Made by a program: the position numbers and the translations under genes
Origin: a virus
DNA: 64,000 nt
Virus record (IMG/VR): IMGVR_UViG_3300044956_001213
Location: 6,118 to 70,117 of that record
Direction: 5' to 3' (one strand)
Shown: piece by piece, positions 60,019 through 64,000 of the stretch
Numbering within the stretch: position 1 is the stretch's first letter
Layout: each line of letters begins with the position of its first letter
The notes under the pieces: model-generated
The model's input: the letters and a program-made list of their open reading frames with translations, nothing else
Databases searched by the model: none
What the model was told of the DNA's origin: nothing

Positions 60019-60579
60019 ATGTATCAGTCCATTGACTTTAAGCAGTATAATTTAAAAATTATTAACTTTAATAATTTATTTAAAGAAATAGAAATAAAGA
60101 TAATTAATGATTTACATAAGTTTAATTTACTTGATAAAAACTTAGGAACTTCATCTAAAAAATTTTTTTATCATCATGTTTTTTATGGTATCTGTGAATC
60201 GCTGTTAAATATAAAATCTAAAGAGAAGTGTATTTTGTATTTTGATAATAAACAGATAGAAAATTTTAATATTCTTAATCATTATTCGGATGAAAAAATT
60301 CTCAAGCTTTTAACTGTAATTTTAAAGAAAATTAAAACATTATTACCAATAAAAGTTTTTATATCAGAAATTTCGTTTGACTACTTTAATTATTTGTTAA
60401 GTAAAAATGATGGTAGAGGTGAAGAGCTTGTTTCAAGCATTCGTAGCTATGTTGATTCGGTAAACCTTGAAAGATATACATTTAACAAAGTACAAGCGTT
60501 TACTAAAAATATGGGTCTAAGTTTTCTTAATAAAGAGTACTTTAACAAACTAAGAGCTAAGCAACTTATTATTGTATAG
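60019..60579 (+). CDS. Hypothetical protein
   Basis: ORF track; preceded by TTGAAT-N17-TATAAT. Confidence 0.55.
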   Translation: MYQSIDFKQYNLKIINFNNLFKEIEIKIINDLHKFNLLDKNLGTSSKKFFYHHVFYGICESLLNIKSKEKCILYFDNKQIENFNILNHYSDEKILKLLTVILKKIKTLLPIKVFISEISFDYFNYLLSKNDGRGEELVSSIRSYVDSVNLERYTFNKVQAFTKNMGLSFLNKEYFNKLRAKQLIIV

Positions 60580-60595
60580 TTTAATAAATAATATT

Positions 60596-61015
60596 ATGGC
60601 ATTTAATGATTTAATAAACCGTTACAAATCTATTCTTTTTGAACAAGATCGGGAATCACAGAATGCTGCAGTACCTCAAACTAGTCAAGCTGCAGAAGCA
60701 CAGCCTACTGCTATTCCTCCAGAGGGATATGTAGATATGGTTAGAATGTTAGCTAAGGCTTTAGTAATGAATATCCCTGCAGGTTCTATAGATGCATTGT
60801 TTTCTACGCCTATAACCAAAGAAAACGCTAATAATATTAGAGAAGGTCTTCAAGATGCAATTAAATCAAGCGAGAATTATGAAGATAACCCTCAGAGAAT
60901 TATTAACCCTAATTTTAAAACATTTGTCGGTTCAATAAATGAAAATAATTTTATGGCAAAATATAAAGAAATTTTGAACATTATGAAGCGGTATAGCAAT
61001 GATATTGTTACATAA
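60596..61015 (+). CDS. Hypothetical late protein (capsid-targeting-like N-terminus)
   Basis: ATAAATA-N5-ATG at 60584-60598; begins MAFNDLINRYKSILFE. Confidence 0.6.
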   Translation: MAFNDLINRYKSILFEQDRESQNAAVPQTSQAAEAQPTAIPPEGYVDMVRMLAKALVMNIPAGSIDALFSTPITKENANNIREGLQDAIKSSENYEDNPQRIINPNFKTFVGSINENNFMAKYKEILNIMKRYSNDIVT

Positions 61016-61017
61016 CA

Positions 61018-62130
61018 ATGAAACAAAAGTCTTACAAAAGCTTATATCAAGTCTATCTATCTGAATCGTTTGCAAAGACTATACCTCTGTTACCTAGACA
61101 AACAGTAAATTTAATTTTTGAAGCAATTGCTGATGCGCCGCCGCCTACAGCAAGCTCGGCTTACGTTCAGCTTTTTATTAAAGATCCTTCTAAGCAAGAG
61201 CAACAATTTGTAGGGAATATAGATATTGACTATTTTAATAAAATAGTAAAACCTGTTTTAAGTAGAGGTGAGAAGGGGGCTATAGATATAAATCGTTTAG
61301 TTGAAAAGCGGCTATTAGATGCAAATATTACCAAAGAAAACTTAATTTTTATTTTTGATTTTATACAAAATACAAAAATGCAAATATCCTCTGAAAATTT
61401 TGCAAAATGTCAAAGTATATTTAAAGATGCAATAGTATCACAATCGCCGTTTAATATTGCTAATATTCTTTCGGAAAGCTTTAATGCTCCTTTCGATAGT
61501 ATAAGTAGTAAAAAAGAAAGTTTGGCAACTTTAATGGACTTAAAAGCTAAATCTGGTTCGGCAGATCGCTCAAATAGATCGGGAGAAGCTGGACCCGGTG
61601 AAGTAGTTATTGCTTTTTTTGGTAATGGAAGAAAATTAATAATTTCAAGCTCTAAGATAAAACAGCAAATTGATCGTGGTGACGTTGCTTTGGGTGAACT
61701 GTTTTTAGAAGTAAAAGGTGGAGAGGGTAGAGTATATCCCACAAAAGAAAAAAATGCTACTCAGGGAACGCCAGGTGCTTATTATGCTAAAAACTTTAAG
61801 GAAAATCCTGTGAATGTAGTAAAATACTTAACATTTGGAGATGCGGGGTTAGCAGAAGCTCGTTTCGACAGCGAAATAAATTCTGGATTAAAACAAGGAA
61901 TAGATCCTAGAACTCTTGCAACGGGATTGTCTTTAAGAGAATATCAAATAAAAGGTGGGTTTCATTATTATGTTTTTATCAATAAAGCCAGCTTTAAGTG
62001 TATAGGGTTAACTTGTGCTGATAAAGATATTGCTGAAATAAGTAAATTCTATACAACGTATTTAGGAAATAGAAATCTTGGTTTTGATTTTAACGAAGGT
62101 CATCAACTACCCAAGTCATATAAGTTCTAA
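61018..62130 (+). CDS. Putative PD-(D/E)XK nuclease-fold protein
   Basis: GPGEV...RGDVALGELFLEVKG (E...D...ExK). Confidence 0.55.
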   Translation: MKQKSYKSLYQVYLSESFAKTIPLLPRQTVNLIFEAIADAPPPTASSAYVQLFIKDPSKQEQQFVGNIDIDYFNKIVKPVLSRGEKGAIDINRLVEKRLLDANITKENLIFIFDFIQNTKMQISSENFAKCQSIFKDAIVSQSPFNIANILSESFNAPFDSISSKKESLATLMDLKAKSGSADRSNRSGEAGPGEVVIAFFGNGRKLIISSSKIKQQIDRGDVALGELFLEVKGGEGRVYPTKEKNATQGTPGAYYAKNFKENPVNVVKYLTFGDAGLAEARFDSEINSGLKQGIDPRTLATGLSLREYQIKGGFHYYVFINKASFKCIGLTCADKDIAEISKFYTTYLGNRNLGFDFNEGHQLPKSYKF

Positions 62131-63341
62131 TGATAACGTTTAAGCAATTCCTGCTTGAAGGTGGTGTTGCTGGTCACATGGCACATCCTTTTGATCTACC
62201 TAATATTAATACTGGAAAAGACCTTATAAATTTTTTTAATAAAGCTGTAAATAGTTTATCTAAGAAACCCGCAGCAGTAAAAATTGACGGAATTAACGCT
62301 TCTATTAAGTTAATTACAAATAAGAGCGGTAAAAAAGAATTTGCTTTAGACAGGGGTTCAAATAAGCCAGAGGACGTAGAAGGCGTTACTATTGAAAACC
62401 TTGCAAGTAGATTTCCCCCGGGTCATGGTATGCTAGAGATAGGTAAAACTGTTATATCCATTTTTAACACTTCAATATCAAATATAGAAAAGGAATTAAA
62501 GGCGCTAAAAATGTTGGATAATCCTAATATTCTTTTTAATATGGAATATGTTAAAGGCACAATAAACGTTATTGGTTATGCAAATAATTTTCTTGTTATT
62601 CACGGGCTAAATGAAATAATACAGGTAAAAAGTCCCGTGAAAGGTAGTACTAGCAGAGCTTCAAGAGAAATATCTTTTAATAAAGATTCATTAAATAAAT
62701 TAATAGAAAAAATTAAACCTGTAGCAAAAAAACAAGGATTCGACGTCGAACACGAATTTACTGTAAATCTTAAAGAAAAAGTTAATTTTAATAATGCATT
62801 AAATTCAACCTTTAATGTAAATTATGATTCAAAGAATTCTGTTTCTAAGCTGCTTAAAGATTGGTTATCTAAAGCTAAAAATCCTAGAGCAGAAAAAATA
62901 AAATTAGCTTCTGGTAAAACTATAAGTGCTATGAGCTTAGAAAATTTTAAAAACATTTCTGCAGGGGTTCCCTTAGATCATTACCTTGGAGATAATAAAA
63001 AAGCTATAGAGCCTGCAATAAATGGGGCAGTTTTTTACCAAGCTACTATATTATTAGGAGATGCAATTAAAAACGCTGCTAACTCTATGCTCGGATCTCT
63101 TAATACACAGGAAGGTATTGTCATTCGTGACCCTTCTTTATCTAGTAATCCTGTAAAAATTACCGGTAATTTTATTACAGGTAAAGAAGCAAGTAGATTT
63201 AGAAAAACAGAAAATGAGGAAGGGTTAAATGGCTTTTTGTCAAATGTAAATAGAGTAAATAATTCTAATAACTATCAAACTAATCCACCTTTTGGTAAAG
63301 AAGGCGCAAAGCTGATGCAGACGCCGGGAGTACAGCTATGA
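62130..63341 (+). CDS. Ligase-like covalent nucleotidyltransferase (ATP-dependent RNA/DNA ligase superfamily)
   Basis: VKIDG (motif I KxDG), NMEY (III), QEGIVIRD (IV) and VKITG (V); N-terminus MITFKQFLLEGG..GHMAHP. Confidence 0.55.
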   Translation: MITFKQFLLEGGVAGHMAHPFDLPNINTGKDLINFFNKAVNSLSKKPAAVKIDGINASIKLITNKSGKKEFALDRGSNKPEDVEGVTIENLASRFPPGHGMLEIGKTVISIFNTSISNIEKELKALKMLDNPNILFNMEYVKGTINVIGYANNFLVIHGLNEIIQVKSPVKGSTSRASREISFNKDSLNKLIEKIKPVAKKQGFDVEHEFTVNLKEKVNFNNALNSTFNVNYDSKNSVSKLLKDWLSKAKNPRAEKIKLASGKTISAMSLENFKNISAGVPLDHYLGDNKKAIEPAINGAVFYQATILLGDAIKNAANSMLGSLNTQEGIVIRDPSLSSNPVKITGNFITGKEASRFRKTENEEGLNGFLSNVNRVNNSNNYQTNPPFGKEGAKLMQTPGVQL

Positions 63342-63994
63342 GATTTGACGATTTAGTTAATGAAATCTTAATGCCACAGAAAAACAACCTAATAGTTATT
63401 TTTCCTGGTAGATTTCAGCCATTTCATACAGGGCATAAAAAACTATATGATCTTGCTAAAAAGAAATTTCCTGGAGCTGATTTCTTTGTAGCTACATCTG
63501 ATATTCCGCGAAAAGGTTTAGATAAAGATCCGAGCCGATATCCATTTAATTTTGATGAAAAAAAAGCTATTATTATAGCAGCAGATGTTCCGGAAAATGA
63601 AATTGTTCAAGTTGCACAACCGTACAAGCCTATAGAAATTTTAAAAAATTATGATTCAAATGTAGCTAAAGTTATCTACATATTAGGAGAAAAAGACATG
63701 AAAGATGATCCAAGGTTTTCATTTAAATTTAAAAAAGATGGTACTGCTTCTTATTTTCAGCCTTTTGTTGATTTGACTCAAATGAAACCTTTTAAAGAAC
63801 AAGGTGGTCATGGGTATATATTTTCACCGGGAACTATACAATTTAATGTAAATGGTGAAAATATTACAAGTGCAACTGAATTAAGAAATTTATATAAAAA
63901 TAGCGATGAATCTGTAAGAAAAAATATTATAACTAGCGTGTTAGGTAAATTTGATAAAAATATTTATAGTTTGTTTAACAAAAAATTAGACTAA
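63338..63994 (+). CDS. HxGH nucleotidyltransferase (cytidylyltransferase/NMNAT-like)
   Basis: PGRFQPFHTGH, YPFNF.EK and SATELR. Confidence 0.8.
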   Translation: MRFDDLVNEILMPQKNNLIVIFPGRFQPFHTGHKKLYDLAKKKFPGADFFVATSDIPRKGLDKDPSRYPFNFDEKKAIIIAADVPENEIVQVAQPYKPIEILKNYDSNVAKVIYILGEKDMKDDPRFSFKFKKDGTASYFQPFVDLTQMKPFKEQGGHGYIFSPGTIQFNVNGENITSATELRNLYKNSDESVRKNIITSVLGKFDKNIYSLFNKKLD

Positions 63995-64000
63995 TTTTTT

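Noticed and set aside
2041-61742. Numerous 60-150 aa ORFs antisense to or nested in long genes
   Set aside because: They fully overlap well-supported CDSs and lack motifs and promoter context; treated as spurious.
1-64000. Alternative genetic code (stop-codon reassignment)
   Set aside because: Core genes are full length in code 11, and TAA, TAG and TGA all terminate genes at expected positions.

Overview
This window is a 64-kb, AT-rich, gene-dense segment of a large T4-like (myovirus) bacteriophage genome read in the standard code. From left to right it holds: (1) a glycosyltransferase cluster next to a Thr/Pro-rich, mucin-like lectin/P-domain protein; (2) a baseplate/tail/terminase module (gp6, gp25, gp53, hub, tape measure, tube, sheath, gp3, gp17, gp14), interrupted by a clamp loader and a dUTPase; (3) a replication/recombination module (gp61, gp45, gp32, gp41, UvsX, gp43, gp46/47, gp55, UvsW, UvsY) interleaved with bS21, an NDP-rhamnose synthase, two glycosyltransferases, a class II glutamine amidotransferase and QueC; (4) + strand late genes, many with T4-like capsid-targeting N-termini, ending in a PD-(D/E)XK nuclease-like / ligase-like / NMNAT-like trio. 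The strongest unannotated signal is regulatory. Most transcription units look leaderless: late (A)TAAATA-N5-7-start, and early TTGnnn-N16-TAnnAT-N6-7-start. One gene breaks the rule: the amidotransferase has a perfect AGGAGG Shine-Dalgarno and a non-canonical ATT start. All assignments come from motif recognition by eye; no database searches were run.
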